From NCBI GenBank assembly GCA_963707505.1, contig CAVPQB010000006.1:640001-704000 (forward strand): 64,000 bases of DNA. Direction: 5' to 3'. Source of the stretch: an uncultured Gemmatimonadales bacterium (GTDB lineage: Bacteria > Gemmatimonadota > Gemmatimonadetes > Gemmatimonadales > Gemmatimonadaceae). Shown here piece after piece: positions 9,780 to 20,239 of the stretch. The first letter of the stretch is position 1; each line of letters opens with the position of its first letter. Made by a program: the position numbers and the translations under genes. The notes beneath the pieces were generated by a model that made no database searches, was not told where the DNA came from, and saw only the letters and a program-made list of their open reading frames with translations.

Positions 9780-11357
9780 ATGTTAGCATCGATTGTTACC
9801 CTCCTGGCGTTGCTCGGCACGGCATCGCCTGCGCACGTCGCTCCGGCGCCGGTCCAGCAGATCCACTACACTGTAGCGATGCCGGATCCGGCGTCGCACC
9901 TGTACACCGTCACCATCGACGTTGGTGGCGTGAAGGGATCCGTTTTGAAGCTACAGATGCCGGTGTGGTCGCCCGGACGGTACGCGCGCATGGATTTCGC
10001 GAAGAACGTACAGGAGTTCTCCGTAACTGACGGTAACGGCAGGGAGCTCAGATGGGATCGCGAGAACGGATCGCTCTGGCGCGTTTACCCCGGCACTGCA
10101 CATCGCGTTGTGGCTCACTATCGCGTCTTCGGCGACGATCTGTCCGGAACATTCAGCGTGCTGGACACGTTGCACGCGAACTGGAATGGCGCATCGCTCT
10201 TCATGTACGTCGAGGGCCGCAAGCCATCGCCGGTTACGTTGCATGTCGATGCGCCAGATGGGTGGCACATCATCAACGGCGACGCCCAGAAGCTCGATCA
10301 GACCGATTATTCATTCGAGAATTACGACCGCCTGATCGACACACCTACCGAAGTCGCGCCCAGTTTCATGGTCGATTCATTCACGGTCGACAACAGACTG
10401 TATCGCACCGTCGTCCACCACAACGGACCGACCACCCCTGAAGAGCGCGCGCGATTCGTCGCCTCGGTTCGCAGGATCGTCGAGGCGCACAATCGCGTGA
10501 TCGGGCCGCCGCCGCTCCGGATGTACACATTCCTCTTCCACATCGGCTTTCCCGGTGGCGATGGCATGGAGCACCTGTACTCCACGCAGATCATCGATCG
10601 CAAACCGTGGGTGGACACTGCGTCCGTTCTCGCGGGAGTAGAAACCGCAGCGCACGAGTACTTCCACGTGTGGAACGTCAAGCGCATCCGCCCGTTCGCG
10701 CTCGGGCCGTTCGACTACACGCGCGAGCAGTATCAACCCAGTCTGTGGGTGGCGGAGGGCTGGACGCAGTACTACGGCGAGATGGCGACATCGCGCGCGA
10801 AACTTGGCTCGACAGAAGACACGTATGCGATGATCGCGGGAATCGTCCAGGCGAATCTCACCGCGCCGGGCCGCAAGGAAGTCTCCGCGCGCATGGCCTC
10901 ATTCGAGGCTCCGTTCTTCGATGGTGCACCGCGCGCACAGAAGACAAATGCATCACAGACATACTTCACGTATTACTTCAAGGGCGCCGGCATCGCGCTC
11001 GCGCTCGATCTCATGATCCGCGACCACAGCAACAACGTGCGCTCGCTGGACGATGCGCTGCGTGCGCTCAAGAAGCTTTCGTGGGATCAGCCGAACGCGT
11101 CGTACTACCTGCAGGGACGCGGCTACACCGAAGCCGACGTGGAGCATGCGATATCACAGGTGATGGGCAAGGACATGCATTCCTGGTTCGAGCGTTATGT
11201 AGGCGGGACGGAAGACATAAACTTCGACGACATCCTCGCCCTCGCCGGGCTGAAGCTGAACCGCGACACCACGCGCTGGACGGTCACTGCCAATCCGGAC
11301 GCATCGTCCAGACAGCTCGCGATACGCGACTCGTGGCTGGCGGATTCACAGCAATAG
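9780..11357 (+). CDS. M61 glycyl aminopeptidase-family metallopeptidase
   Basis: Signal peptide, MPVWSPGRY, GMEH, AHEYFHVWNVKRIRP, LWVAEGWTQYY, YYFKG. Confidence 0.92.
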   Translation: MLASIVTLLALLGTASPAHVAPAPVQQIHYTVAMPDPASHLYTVTIDVGGVKGSVLKLQMPVWSPGRYARMDFAKNVQEFSVTDGNGRELRWDRENGSLWRVYPGTAHRVVAHYRVFGDDLSGTFSVLDTLHANWNGASLFMYVEGRKPSPVTLHVDAPDGWHIINGDAQKLDQTDYSFENYDRLIDTPTEVAPSFMVDSFTVDNRLYRTVVHHNGPTTPEERARFVASVRRIVEAHNRVIGPPPLRMYTFLFHIGFPGGDGMEHLYSTQIIDRKPWVDTASVLAGVETAAHEYFHVWNVKRIRPFALGPFDYTREQYQPSLWVAEGWTQYYGEMATSRAKLGSTEDTYAMIAGIVQANLTAPGRKEVSARMASFEAPFFDGAPRAQKTNASQTYFTYYFKGAGIALALDLMIRDHSNNVRSLDDALRALKKLSWDQPNASYYLQGRGYTEADVEHAISQVMGKDMHSWFERYVGGTEDINFDDILALAGLKLNRDTTRWTVTANPDASSRQLAIRDSWLADSQQ

Positions 11358-11470
11358 GATGGTAGTGGGGTAGTGCCGGCTCGGGTTTGGATCTCACCGT
11401 GCCGATCCTTTGAGTGTGGACGTGACACTGCCGTCGCAGGATCGTCATTTGTCAACCTCAACGACGTTTA

Positions 11471-12745
11471 ATGCAATCTGGGTCCCCTTCACCTGCGCGG
11501 TCATGGCGCGCTGCGCTGGTAGTAGCCTGCCTTGCCGGCACGACGGTGGTGTGCGCCATCCTTGCCACGGAAGTACGCCAGGCCAACGCCGCGCTCGAGG
11601 CGACGACGTCGCAGACACTCCGGGACTACGCGACCGCGGCGGGCCGGATCCTGGGCACGGAGGCGATCCGGCGTTCGGAGGGATTCAGGTCGAGACTTTA
11701 CGGTCCGTTGATGGGCACCATAGTCGTGGATGGAGCGGCGCCGCCTTTGACCACCTTCGCGCACCGCGCCGACTCACTCTACGCCGCCGAGAAATACCAG
11801 CCTGATTCGCTTCGCGGCTATATCCGCGTCGACGTGCGAACCCGCAACTGGGAAGGCGTGCGCTCGATGGCCGATTCCAGCCGCGCGGCTGCGGTTGTGG
11901 CCAAAGCCCTCGCGCGAGCAAGACTGGATACCGCACGAACGCCGCTCCTCATGCTTCCCGGCGCACACGAGCCGATAATCGTCTCGGCTGCTGCGGTCGC
12001 CGACTCGAACGGCCATCAGTACATGTATATCGTCGTCCAGGCGCGCGCAACGAATTTTCGCCACGCGATGCAGGCGACGATGGACTCAGTGCCGCTCCTG
12101 CCGCCGTCATTTGCGGGATCTGCGTGGAACCTGGACAAGTCCGCCGGTGCCAACCACGTCTCGAACGACTCTCTGATCGGTGTGCGGATCACGGCAGTCG
12201 ACGGAACGGTGCTCTACGTATCACCCCATTCGTACAACGGACCCTACCGCGGCGAGTACCACTTCCAGAGCGGACGGGACGGCTTCACCATCGAAACTGT
12301 CCTGCGCCCGAGTCTCGCTACGGCACTCGTGCCCGCAGTCGTTCGCACTGCCAGCCGGTCGCTCTACATCGGCCTCGGCCTGGTAGGCTGCTTCCTGCTG
12401 GCTGTTTCCTTCATCGCATTCTGGGGTGAGATGTCGCATCAGACGGCGGAGCGTGCCAAGTCGATGCAACAACTCACAACAGGCCTCCGGCATGAGCTGA
12501 ACAACGCGCTCGCGAGCGTAATGCTCGAGTCACAGATGCTCGCGGCGTCCGATGACGCATCGCTCGATGCGCGCTATGCCGGTGCTGCGATCGCTGAACA
12601 GGCGGAGCGGATGCGGAAGGCTCTGCGGCGGCTCGACAACATCGATCGCCTGCCGGTGGTCGACTACTTCGAAGGAAAGTCGATGCTGGATCTCACCGGC
12701 TCGCATCCCACCCAGCAGGAGCAGGAAACCGCGCGCGCTAGCTGA
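11471..12745 (+). CDS. Membrane sensor with HisKA phospho-acceptor domain but no ATPase domain
   Basis: Two TM segments around a large periplasmic region; H-box RHELNNALASV; protein ends about 85 aa later with no N/G1/F/G2 boxes. Confidence 0.7.
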   Translation: MQSGSPSPARSWRAALVVACLAGTTVVCAILATEVRQANAALEATTSQTLRDYATAAGRILGTEAIRRSEGFRSRLYGPLMGTIVVDGAAPPLTTFAHRADSLYAAEKYQPDSLRGYIRVDVRTRNWEGVRSMADSSRAAAVVAKALARARLDTARTPLLMLPGAHEPIIVSAAAVADSNGHQYMYIVVQARATNFRHAMQATMDSVPLLPPSFAGSAWNLDKSAGANHVSNDSLIGVRITAVDGTVLYVSPHSYNGPYRGEYHFQSGRDGFTIETVLRPSLATALVPAVVRTASRSLYIGLGLVGCFLLAVSFIAFWGEMSHQTAERAKSMQQLTTGLRHELNNALASVMLESQMLAASDDASLDARYAGAAIAEQAERMRKALRRLDNIDRLPVVDYFEGKSMLDLTGSHPTQQEQETARAS

Positions 12746-12763
12746 CGGAGCTTTCGCGCGGCG

Positions 12764-15307
12764 TTACTCACCCCTCCGCTTTGCCCTCGCGGTGGGCGCT
12801 GCAGTTAGTGGATCTTCCGGCCAGACATGCTTTGGATACCGTCCGCGCAGCTCCTTCCGCACCTCGAAATAACTCCCACGCCAGAATCCTTCCAGATCAC
12901 GCGTGACCTGCACCGGCCTGCGCGCTGGGGACAGCAGCTCCAGCGTCAAGGGAACCCTTCCGGCATCGACAGTCGGTGTCTGTTTCACGCCGAACATCTC
13001 CTGTAGTCTCACGGAAATACTCGGCGCATCCGGATTGCTGTAGTCAATTGCGACACGCGTACCGGTCGGTGCGGCATAATGAAGTGGCGCGAGTTTGTCG
13101 AGATCGCTACGCTGTCGCCAGTCCATCATCGCAATCAGCGCACGGTGGAGATCGTCGCCCAGATCGCGCAGAGACGTGCGGCCATCCAGTATTGGCGCGA
13201 GCCAGTCGTCGAGCGTCGCTGTGAGGAATTCATCGGACGGGTCCGGCCAACCCGGATGTCGCCCTCGCACGAATGTAACGCGCTCGCGCGTTATCTTCGC
13301 GACATCGCTCCATGGAAGTGTCTGAATCCCTTCCCGGCGCACGACGTTCAGCATCAGTTCCGTCGCGCCTTTCATCCCCGGCTCGGCAACGATCGATTCG
13401 CGCAGTGTGATCGCGCCTAGCCGCGTGCGCATTCGCGCGCGAACGCTTCGCGTCCGATCATCCCACTCCAGAACTTCTTCGATCTCCATCTGATCTGCAA
13501 ACTGCGCATCGATCTCCGATTGCGTCAACGATGCACCAAGAAATATTCGCGACGATCGCGCATCACCGTCGAGCTCGGCGGCTACCATGTATTGGGCTGA
13601 TGAGAGTCCCTGCGGGTGAGTGAGCGCTGCGCCGCGTCCGTTTCGAAGTAGAAAGCGCCCGTCCATGTTACCCCCGCGCGTCTGGCCGATGCGATCGGGA
13701 TATGCAAGCGCCAGAACTACTCCGGCGTTCGCTGTCTCCGTTGCGGAATCACCAGCAACCCCCAGCTGCCGTCTGAGCGCCGCACTTTCTAGCGCAATCC
13801 GTCGCAGCAGCGCTGCATCGACGTGCGCGCCATGCAACGCAACGCGAGCAACCGGCGCGTGCAGCAACTCCAGACGAATCCCGATGTCGGCGTCGGCAGG
13901 TCCGTTGACGCCACGTACGAAGTCTCGTTCGCCCAGTATCGCGGCAACGTCGCATGCCACCGCAGCCGCACCGAGAGCTATGGATCCTATCAGCATGTGC
14001 GCAATGCGCGGATGAACCGGCAGTGCCGCCATCGCACGACCATGATCCGTGATGATACCAGACTGATCGAGCGCGCCGAGCATCGTCAGCAATTGAGTCC
14101 CTTGCTCCAGTGCCGGTGGTGGCGGAGCATCGAGCCAGCGAAGCTCGTCCACGCTCCTTATTCCAGCAACTGCAAGCTCGAGCACGAGCGGCGCGAGATC
14201 AGCCTGAAGGATTTCCGGACTTGTGTGTTCCAGAAGATGATGCTGCTCGTGCTCCGGCCAGAGGCGGTAGCACCTGCCAGGCGCAGTCCGTCCCGCGCGC
14301 CCCGCGCGCTGGTCAGCCGACGAACGTGAAATGCGGACGGTTTCGAGGCGCGTCATTCCGCTTCGCGGCGAAAAGCGCGGTGCGCGCGCGAGCCCGCTGT
14401 CGATCACGACTCGGACACCTTCGATCGTGAGACTCGTTTCCGCGATCGGCGTCGAGAGCACGACCTTACGCGACCCGAATGGCGCTGGTGCAATCGCCGC
14501 ATCCTGTGACTGCTGCGACAGATCGCCATATAACTGCTCCACGTGCACGTTGGCCGGAACGCGTCCCCCAAGTAGCGCGGCAACGCGACGTATCTCCGCT
14601 CCACCCGGGAGAAATACCAGAACGTCACCGTCGTTATCGCCGAGTGCAGCTACGACTCTGGATGCAACTGTCGCTGCCAACCCGCGCACATCCGGCCGCG
14701 CAGAGTACGACAGCTCGACAGGAAAGAGCCGCCCTTCGCTTCTGATGACGGGCGCATCATCCAGAAGCGTTGCGACTCGCGCGCCGTCCAGCGTGGCTGA
14801 CATGACGAGTATTCTTAGATCGGGTCGCACCAGTGACTGCGATTGCAGCGCGAGTGCGAGTCCCGTGTCGGCGTGAATGCTGCGCTCGTGAAACTCGTCG
14901 AAAATGAGGAGGCCCACGCCCTCCAGCGTTGCATCACTCTGCAACATTCGCGTGAGGATTCCCTCCGTCACGACTTCGATTTTCGTTCTCGGTCCTGTTC
15001 GCGCGTCACGCCGCACTCTGTATCCCACAGTGTCGCCAGCGCGCTCGCCGAGTAGGTGAGACATGCGATGGGTTACCGCGCGCGTGGCCAGTCGACGCGG
15101 CTCCAGCATCACGATCTTGGAATCTCCGAGCCACGGCTCGTCGAGCAGCGCGAGAGGGACGTGAGTCGTCTTTCCGGCTCCGGGAGGGGCCTGCAGAACA
15201 GCGCCGTTCCCGCTCGCCAGCGCCGCGCGCAGGGCGGGGATGGCCTCGTCAACGGGAAGCCGCGCTCCAGGTAGTTCTGCGCCGGTGGCGTCCACTGGTG
15301 GAGTCAT
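12764..15307 (-). CDS. hrpB: ATP-dependent RNA helicase HrpB
   Basis: APPGAGKTT, DEFHER, MSAT, IAETSLTIEG, QRAGRAGR, HrpB C-terminus RLQEMFG...LLSPARRP...RYPKHVWP. Confidence 0.96.
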   Translation of the reverse strand: MTPPVDATGAELPGARLPVDEAIPALRAALASGNGAVLQAPPGAGKTTHVPLALLDEPWLGDSKIVMLEPRRLATRAVTHRMSHLLGERAGDTVGYRVRRDARTGPRTKIEVVTEGILTRMLQSDATLEGVGLLIFDEFHERSIHADTGLALALQSQSLVRPDLRILVMSATLDGARVATLLDDAPVIRSEGRLFPVELSYSARPDVRGLAATVASRVVAALGDNDGDVLVFLPGGAEIRRVAALLGGRVPANVHVEQLYGDLSQQSQDAAIAPAPFGSRKVVLSTPIAETSLTIEGVRVVIDSGLARAPRFSPRSGMTRLETVRISRSSADQRAGRAGRTAPGRCYRLWPEHEQHHLLEHTSPEILQADLAPLVLELAVAGIRSVDELRWLDAPPPPALEQGTQLLTMLGALDQSGIITDHGRAMAALPVHPRIAHMLIGSIALGAAAVACDVAAILGERDFVRGVNGPADADIGIRLELLHAPVARVALHGAHVDAALLRRIALESAALRRQLGVAGDSATETANAGVVLALAYPDRIGQTRGGNMDGRFLLRNGRGAALTHPQGLSSAQYMVAAELDGDARSSRIFLGASLTQSEIDAQFADQMEIEEVLEWDDRTRSVRARMRTRLGAITLRESIVAEPGMKGATELMLNVVRREGIQTLPWSDVAKITRERVTFVRGRHPGWPDPSDEFLTATLDDWLAPILDGRTSLRDLGDDLHRALIAMMDWRQRSDLDKLAPLHYAAPTGTRVAIDYSNPDAPSISVRLQEMFGVKQTPTVDAGRVPLTLELLSPARRPVQVTRDLEGFWRGSYFEVRKELRGRYPKHVWPEDPLTAAPTARAKRRGE

Positions 15308-15537
15308 TCACAGTTGAAGTTAATAACACCCGGCATGTTCCTGGTCGGAGCTCTTGCGCGTGCGCGAGCAACGGCGCGACCGGGAACATGCTGGTTGGTC
15401 TGAGTGAAGCCGTATGGACATGCCTTCGAACGCGTGATCCGACAATCGGTCCGCCTGTCCGTCCACGCCGACGACCTGTGAACCGTATATTCGGCGACTG
15501 GCTCGTGTCGGTCGTCAACCACTGCTGTGAGGGGTAC

Positions 15538-17793
15538 ATGCGATTTTTCAGTCTCCCGCTTCTCGTCTCGCTTGGCGTGCTCGCCGTCCCGCTGGTCGCG
15601 GCGTCTCCGCCTCCATCCGGCGACATCCTCGGCTTCACTCCAGCGTCGTCGCGCGTCCAACGCGACTGGGAGAACAAATTCCGCGCGTTACCCGATCCTG
15701 CGCATATGCGCGCCGACATGAAACTGCTTTCCGCGCGTCCACACCACGTCGGCTCGCCGTACGACAAGCAGAATGCGGAATGGATCCTCAAACAATTCAA
15801 GGATGCCGGATGGGATGCGCACATCGAGACGTTCAACGTGCTTTTCCCGACACCAAAGCAGCGCCTCGTCGAGCTTGTTGCGCCGACACGCTTCACCGCG
15901 AAGCTCCAGGAACCGCCGGTGCCAGGAGACCCGACGTCGTCCCAGACGTCCGAGCAGCTTCCGACCTATAACGCATATTCGATCGACGGTGACGTCACGG
16001 GCCCGCTCGTGTACGTCAACTATGGAATTCCGTCGGACTACGATGAGCTTGCACGACGCGGTGTATCGGTCAAGGGCGCGATAGTCATCGCGCGTTACGG
16101 CCAGTCGTGGAGAGGGATCAAGCCGAAAGTCGCCGCGGAACATGGCGCAATTGGTTGTCTGATCTATTCCGATCCTGGCGATGACGGTTACAACGATGGT
16201 GACGTCTTTCCCAAAGGACCGATGCGTCCGGCCGACGGTGTCCAACGTGGAAGTGTGATGGACATGCCAACGTATCCGGGTGATCCGTTGACTCCGGGTG
16301 TCGGTGCCACGAAGGATGCAAAGCGTCTCGCACTCAAGGACGTGAAGGTATTCACCAAGATCCCCGTGCTCCCCATCTCGTACGGTGATGCGAAGCCATT
16401 ACTCGCGGCCATCGGCGGGGATGTTGCGCCGAGCGGCTGGCGTGGCGCGCTCCCGATCACCTACAAGGTTGGGCCCGGACCTGCGCGAGTCCATCTCGTC
16501 GTCAAGTCCAACTGGGACATCAAGCCGATTTACGACGTGATCGGCCAGTTGCGGGGAAGCTCATCACCCGATGAATGGGTAGTTCGCGGAAACCACCACG
16601 ACGCGTGGGTGAACGGCGCCGACGATCCGATCGCCGGCCAGGTTGCGCTGCTGGAGGAAGTCCGCGCAATGGGGGCGCTCGTCAAGCAGGGTTGGCATCC
16701 CAAGCGAACGATCATCTACGCCGCCTGGGATGGAGAGGAGCCGGGTCTGTTGGGTTCGACCGAGTGGGCTGAAACACACGCAGCGGAACTCGCGGCACAT
16801 GCAGTTGCGTATCTCAACAGCGACACGAACGGACGCGGTTACCTCGGCGCCAGTGGCTCGCACGTGTTGGAGAAGTTCATCAACGGAGTGATGCGCGACA
16901 TAACCGATCCCGAAACCGGCGCAAGCGTTGCAAGCCGGTCTCGCGCACGTTCGCTCCTGCATGCGTCCGCCGCCACGCGCAAGGACATTCGCAACCGCGC
17001 CGACCTTCACATCGGCGCACTTGGCTCCGGCTCCGATTACACTGCGTTCCTGCAGCACGTCGGCGTTCCATCGATGAACCTCGGTTTCGGGGGCGAGGAT
17101 CAGGGTGGTGTGTACCATTCAGTGTATGATGATTTCTACTGGTACACGCACTTCTCCGATACGTCGTTCGTATATGGCAAGGCGCTCGCGCAAACTGCTG
17201 GAACGGCAGTGATGCGTCTCGCTGACGCAGACGTAATCCCATATGATTTCACCGATCTTGCGGAGACTGTCGGTACCTATGTGACCGAGCTCAAGACGCT
17301 TCACAAGAACATGACGTCCGATGCCGTCGAGCATAATCGCGAAGTTGCCGATAGCGGATTCTTTCTTACGACCGACCCGCGTCATCCCATGGCGCTTCCG
17401 AAGGATGAAGCGACGGTTCCACCTCTCGACTTCTCACCGCTCGACAGCGCAACAGCTGCGTTGTCTCGCGCGGCGCAACGGTACCAGACAGCGTTCACAC
17501 AATCAATGGATGGTGCGGCGACCGCGAGCTTCGTCAAGCTCAACACCGACCTGCTTCAGAGCGAGCGCGTGCTGCTATCCGACGCCGGTCTCCCAAACCG
17601 CCCCTGGTTCAAGCATCTCCTCTATGCGCCAGGTTACTACACCGGCTACGGTGTGAAGACGATCCCCGGCGTGCGCGAGGCAATCGAGCAGAAGGAGTGG
17701 CCGCTTGCAACAACCGAGATCGGACGTGTGTCAGCGGCACTCAACGCTGAGGCTGCGCTCGTGGACCGTGCCGCAACGGACCTGGGTCACTGA
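15538..17793 (+). CDS. M28B glutamate carboxypeptidase II-like peptidase (PA + M28 + transferrin-receptor dimerisation domains)
   Basis: Signal peptide, LVYVNYG, GNHHDAW, WDGEEPGLLGSTEW, GSGSDY, YHSVYD, RPWFKH. Confidence 0.92.
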   Translation: MRFFSLPLLVSLGVLAVPLVAASPPPSGDILGFTPASSRVQRDWENKFRALPDPAHMRADMKLLSARPHHVGSPYDKQNAEWILKQFKDAGWDAHIETFNVLFPTPKQRLVELVAPTRFTAKLQEPPVPGDPTSSQTSEQLPTYNAYSIDGDVTGPLVYVNYGIPSDYDELARRGVSVKGAIVIARYGQSWRGIKPKVAAEHGAIGCLIYSDPGDDGYNDGDVFPKGPMRPADGVQRGSVMDMPTYPGDPLTPGVGATKDAKRLALKDVKVFTKIPVLPISYGDAKPLLAAIGGDVAPSGWRGALPITYKVGPGPARVHLVVKSNWDIKPIYDVIGQLRGSSSPDEWVVRGNHHDAWVNGADDPIAGQVALLEEVRAMGALVKQGWHPKRTIIYAAWDGEEPGLLGSTEWAETHAAELAAHAVAYLNSDTNGRGYLGASGSHVLEKFINGVMRDITDPETGASVASRSRARSLLHASAATRKDIRNRADLHIGALGSGSDYTAFLQHVGVPSMNLGFGGEDQGGVYHSVYDDFYWYTHFSDTSFVYGKALAQTAGTAVMRLADADVIPYDFTDLAETVGTYVTELKTLHKNMTSDAVEHNREVADSGFFLTTDPRHPMALPKDEATVPPLDFSPLDSATAALSRAAQRYQTAFTQSMDGAATASFVKLNTDLLQSERVLLSDAGLPNRPWFKHLLYAPGYYTGYGVKTIPGVREAIEQKEWPLATTEIGRVSAALNAEAALVDRAATDLGH

Positions 17794-17829
17794 GTTTGGC
17801 GTTGCCAACATGATGTGTTGTAAACGATA

Positions 17830-17860
17830 AACGGCACGCACCCATCTGGTGCGTGCCGTT
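17830..17860. terminator. Hairpin terminator between convergent peptidase genes
   Basis: AACGGCACGCACC-catct-GGTGCGTGCCGTT, perfect 13-bp stem. Confidence 0.7.
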
Positions 17861-17870
17861 GCTATTGATC

Positions 17871-17934
17871 GTCATTCCCGCGAACGCGGGAATCCATGTT
17901 ATCCGCCGTCATTCCCGCGTTCGCGGGAATGACG
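17871..17934. repeat. Inverted pair of REP-like palindromes
   Basis: GTCATTCCCGCGAACGCGGGAATCCA (17871-17896) and CGTCATTCCCGCGTTCGCGGGAATGACG (17907-17934, reverse-oriented copy). Confidence 0.75.
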
Positions 17935-17957
17935 AGTCGATGGCGCAGTGTCCTTGC

Positions 17958-19550
17958 TCAGAGACCCGACGTCTTGTCGATGAAAGCCGCGACATTGGTC
18001 TTGAACTGCGCAAGTGATGGCACATGAACGTAGATCATGTGCCCCGACATGTACTCGGCTTCGGTGATCTGACTGCGCACCTGCTTGGGTACACCAAGAT
18101 GATCCATCGTCCATTCAGCGGCGAAGTAAGGCGTCGCAAGATCGAAGAGACCGCTGTTGAGCATCACGTGCAGCTTGGGATTCGTGCTCAATGTGTTCGC
18201 GAGATCTACAGCGACGTTGGTATGCCCTGGCCATCCGCGTCTGTCGCCATGCGTCCAATCCCACGGATTCACCCTGCCAGAGATCGTGTAGAGCTTGTCG
18301 CGGCCGTAGTTGAGGTCTTCGTGCATGTACTGGTTGAACAGCGACACATACGCCGAGCTGATGTCCGCTGACTGCGGATCGTACTCGGCATTTTCGGCGA
18401 GCAGGTCCCCGGTCTCACCGACAAAACGCGCATCGAGACGACCGACTGTCTGACCGTGCTCGCGTAGCAGCTCCTTCTCGAACTGCCCCGCGTTCACGCG
18501 CAGGTTCGCCTTGTCGATGTACGCGCTGTTGAGTCCCGTGTACTGCTGCAGCCTGGTGATGATCCTCGTGCGATCGGCACTCGAGAGATTGTCGCCGGCC
18601 ATGAGAGCCTGTGCATAGTCAGTCGTTGCGAAGTGCTCGACCTCCTTGAGAAACGAGCGCAGATCGGCCGGTCGATTCGCCAGTGCGTTGTGATACCACG
18701 CAACGGCAGCGTACGATGGCAGATACATGATGTACGGCACATCGTTCCCGGCGTCGAACGTGATTGTCTGGAAGTCCAGGACCGACGACAACAGAATCAC
18801 ACCGTTCAGATCGATGTTGTAGCGATTCTGCAAGACGGCCGACAGCGCCGCGGAGCGCGTGGTGCCATAACTCTCGCCCATCAGATAGCGCGGCGAGTTC
18901 CATCGCCCCGACTCACTCAGGTAACGGCTCACAAATTCGCCGAGAGAGTTGGCGTCCTGATCCACGCCCCAGAAATTCTTCCCCGTCGCCTTGCCGACCG
19001 GCTTGCTGTATCCCGTTCCCACCGGGTCGATGAAAACCAGATCCGCCTTGTCCAGCATGCTGTACTGATTGTCCACCAGATGATACGGTGGCGGCGCTGA
19101 ATGCGCGGTATCGGGGATGTCAACGCGCCTGGGCCCCAGCAACCCCATGTGAACCCACACCGACGACGATCCCGGTCCGCCGTTGTACGCGAACATGATC
19201 GGTCTGCGTGACCGGTCAGTTACGCCACGCTGCGTATACGCTGTGTAATAAATCTCCGCCGTCGGCTCGTCCGTGCTGTCGCGGAGAATTATGGTGCCAA
19301 CCGTGGCGTCGTAATCGATTCGCTTGCCGCCGATCATCGCCGAGTGATGTGTGACGACGTGCACCTCTCTCGCAGGTGCTGGAGCGCGGGGGCCTTGAAG
19401 GATGGTGGTTTCGACCGTCGTGTCGGCGCGACCGCGAATCGTCGTGTCGCGGCTACTGTCCGGGCGTGCTTCCGGGCGTCGCGTGGCACGTTGACCGAAC
19501 GCGCCGGCTGGAATCAAAACTGCCGCGACAAGAAAGGCGGCTCTCTTCAT
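17958..19550 (-). CDS. S10 serine carboxypeptidase
   Basis: Signal peptide, NGGPGSSS, IDPVGTGYS, GESYG nucleophile, DLATP, SGHMIY. Confidence 0.93.
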   Translation of the reverse strand: MKRAAFLVAAVLIPAGAFGQRATRRPEARPDSSRDTTIRGRADTTVETTILQGPRAPAPAREVHVVTHHSAMIGGKRIDYDATVGTIILRDSTDEPTAEIYYTAYTQRGVTDRSRRPIMFAYNGGPGSSSVWVHMGLLGPRRVDIPDTAHSAPPPYHLVDNQYSMLDKADLVFIDPVGTGYSKPVGKATGKNFWGVDQDANSLGEFVSRYLSESGRWNSPRYLMGESYGTTRSAALSAVLQNRYNIDLNGVILLSSVLDFQTITFDAGNDVPYIMYLPSYAAVAWYHNALANRPADLRSFLKEVEHFATTDYAQALMAGDNLSSADRTRIITRLQQYTGLNSAYIDKANLRVNAGQFEKELLREHGQTVGRLDARFVGETGDLLAENAEYDPQSADISSAYVSLFNQYMHEDLNYGRDKLYTISGRVNPWDWTHGDRRGWPGHTNVAVDLANTLSTNPKLHVMLNSGLFDLATPYFAAEWTMDHLGVPKQVRSQITEAEYMSGHMIYVHVPSLAQFKTNVAAFIDKTSGL

Positions 19551-19713
19551 GTTGGAATCCCGATTTTGGCTGAATTTCATGGTTGTGTCAGATTCGCACG
19601 CAGGCGCGTAACAGAGGCAGATATTACACGCACGACCGCTCTCCGCTAGCCGCCATCTCCCAGCAACCGGAATACCCAGCTCGGCTCATTACCTATATTT
19701 CAGTCCTACGCCC

Positions 19714-20205
19714 ATGAAGACCGCATTCATATATACGGCTACAGTCGCCGCTCTCGTCGCCTGCTCCCAGACGCCACCGGTTGCCGCACAAACACCTGTT
19801 CACTGGGCAATCGCCCCGGTTCATGGTGTGATCGGCAATGGTACGGTATCGAACGTAAGGATCGACGGGACCATTCAGGCTGGCTGGCACATCTACTCTA
19901 TCACCCAGCCGCCTGGCGGACCGTACGCCACACGGATCTCAGTCCCGGATGGTCAGTCGTTCGTCGCCGCTGGCAACCCCAAGGCAATCCTGGCGCCGCA
20001 CGTCGCATTCGACAGCGCCTTCAAGATGAATGTCCAGTTGCACGAAAAAGCGGCAAGTTTCGACGTCCCCGTGCGCTTCACTGGAAAGGTCGCCGCTGGC
20101 GACTCTGTCCACGTCAACGTCAGATACCAGGTCTGCAATGCCTCGCTCTGCCTCCCGCCCCAGACCGCGAAGCTCGTGGCCCCAGTTGTACCAACGGCCA
20201 GATAG
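19714..20205 (+). CDS. Stand-alone DsbD N-terminal (Ig-like) domain lipoprotein
   Basis: Lipobox LVAC, GWHIYS, YQVCNASLCLPP. Confidence 0.85.
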   Translation: MKTAFIYTATVAALVACSQTPPVAAQTPVHWAIAPVHGVIGNGTVSNVRIDGTIQAGWHIYSITQPPGGPYATRISVPDGQSFVAAGNPKAILAPHVAFDSAFKMNVQLHEKAASFDVPVRFTGKVAAGDSVHVNVRYQVCNASLCLPPQTAKLVAPVVPTAR

Positions 20206-20239
20206 CCGCAGTCGATGATACTGTGCGTGGGATGAATCC

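Noticed and set aside
17830..17934. CRISPR-like repeat cluster
   Set aside because: Only two inverted palindromic units, no repeat-spacer periodicity, no cas genes
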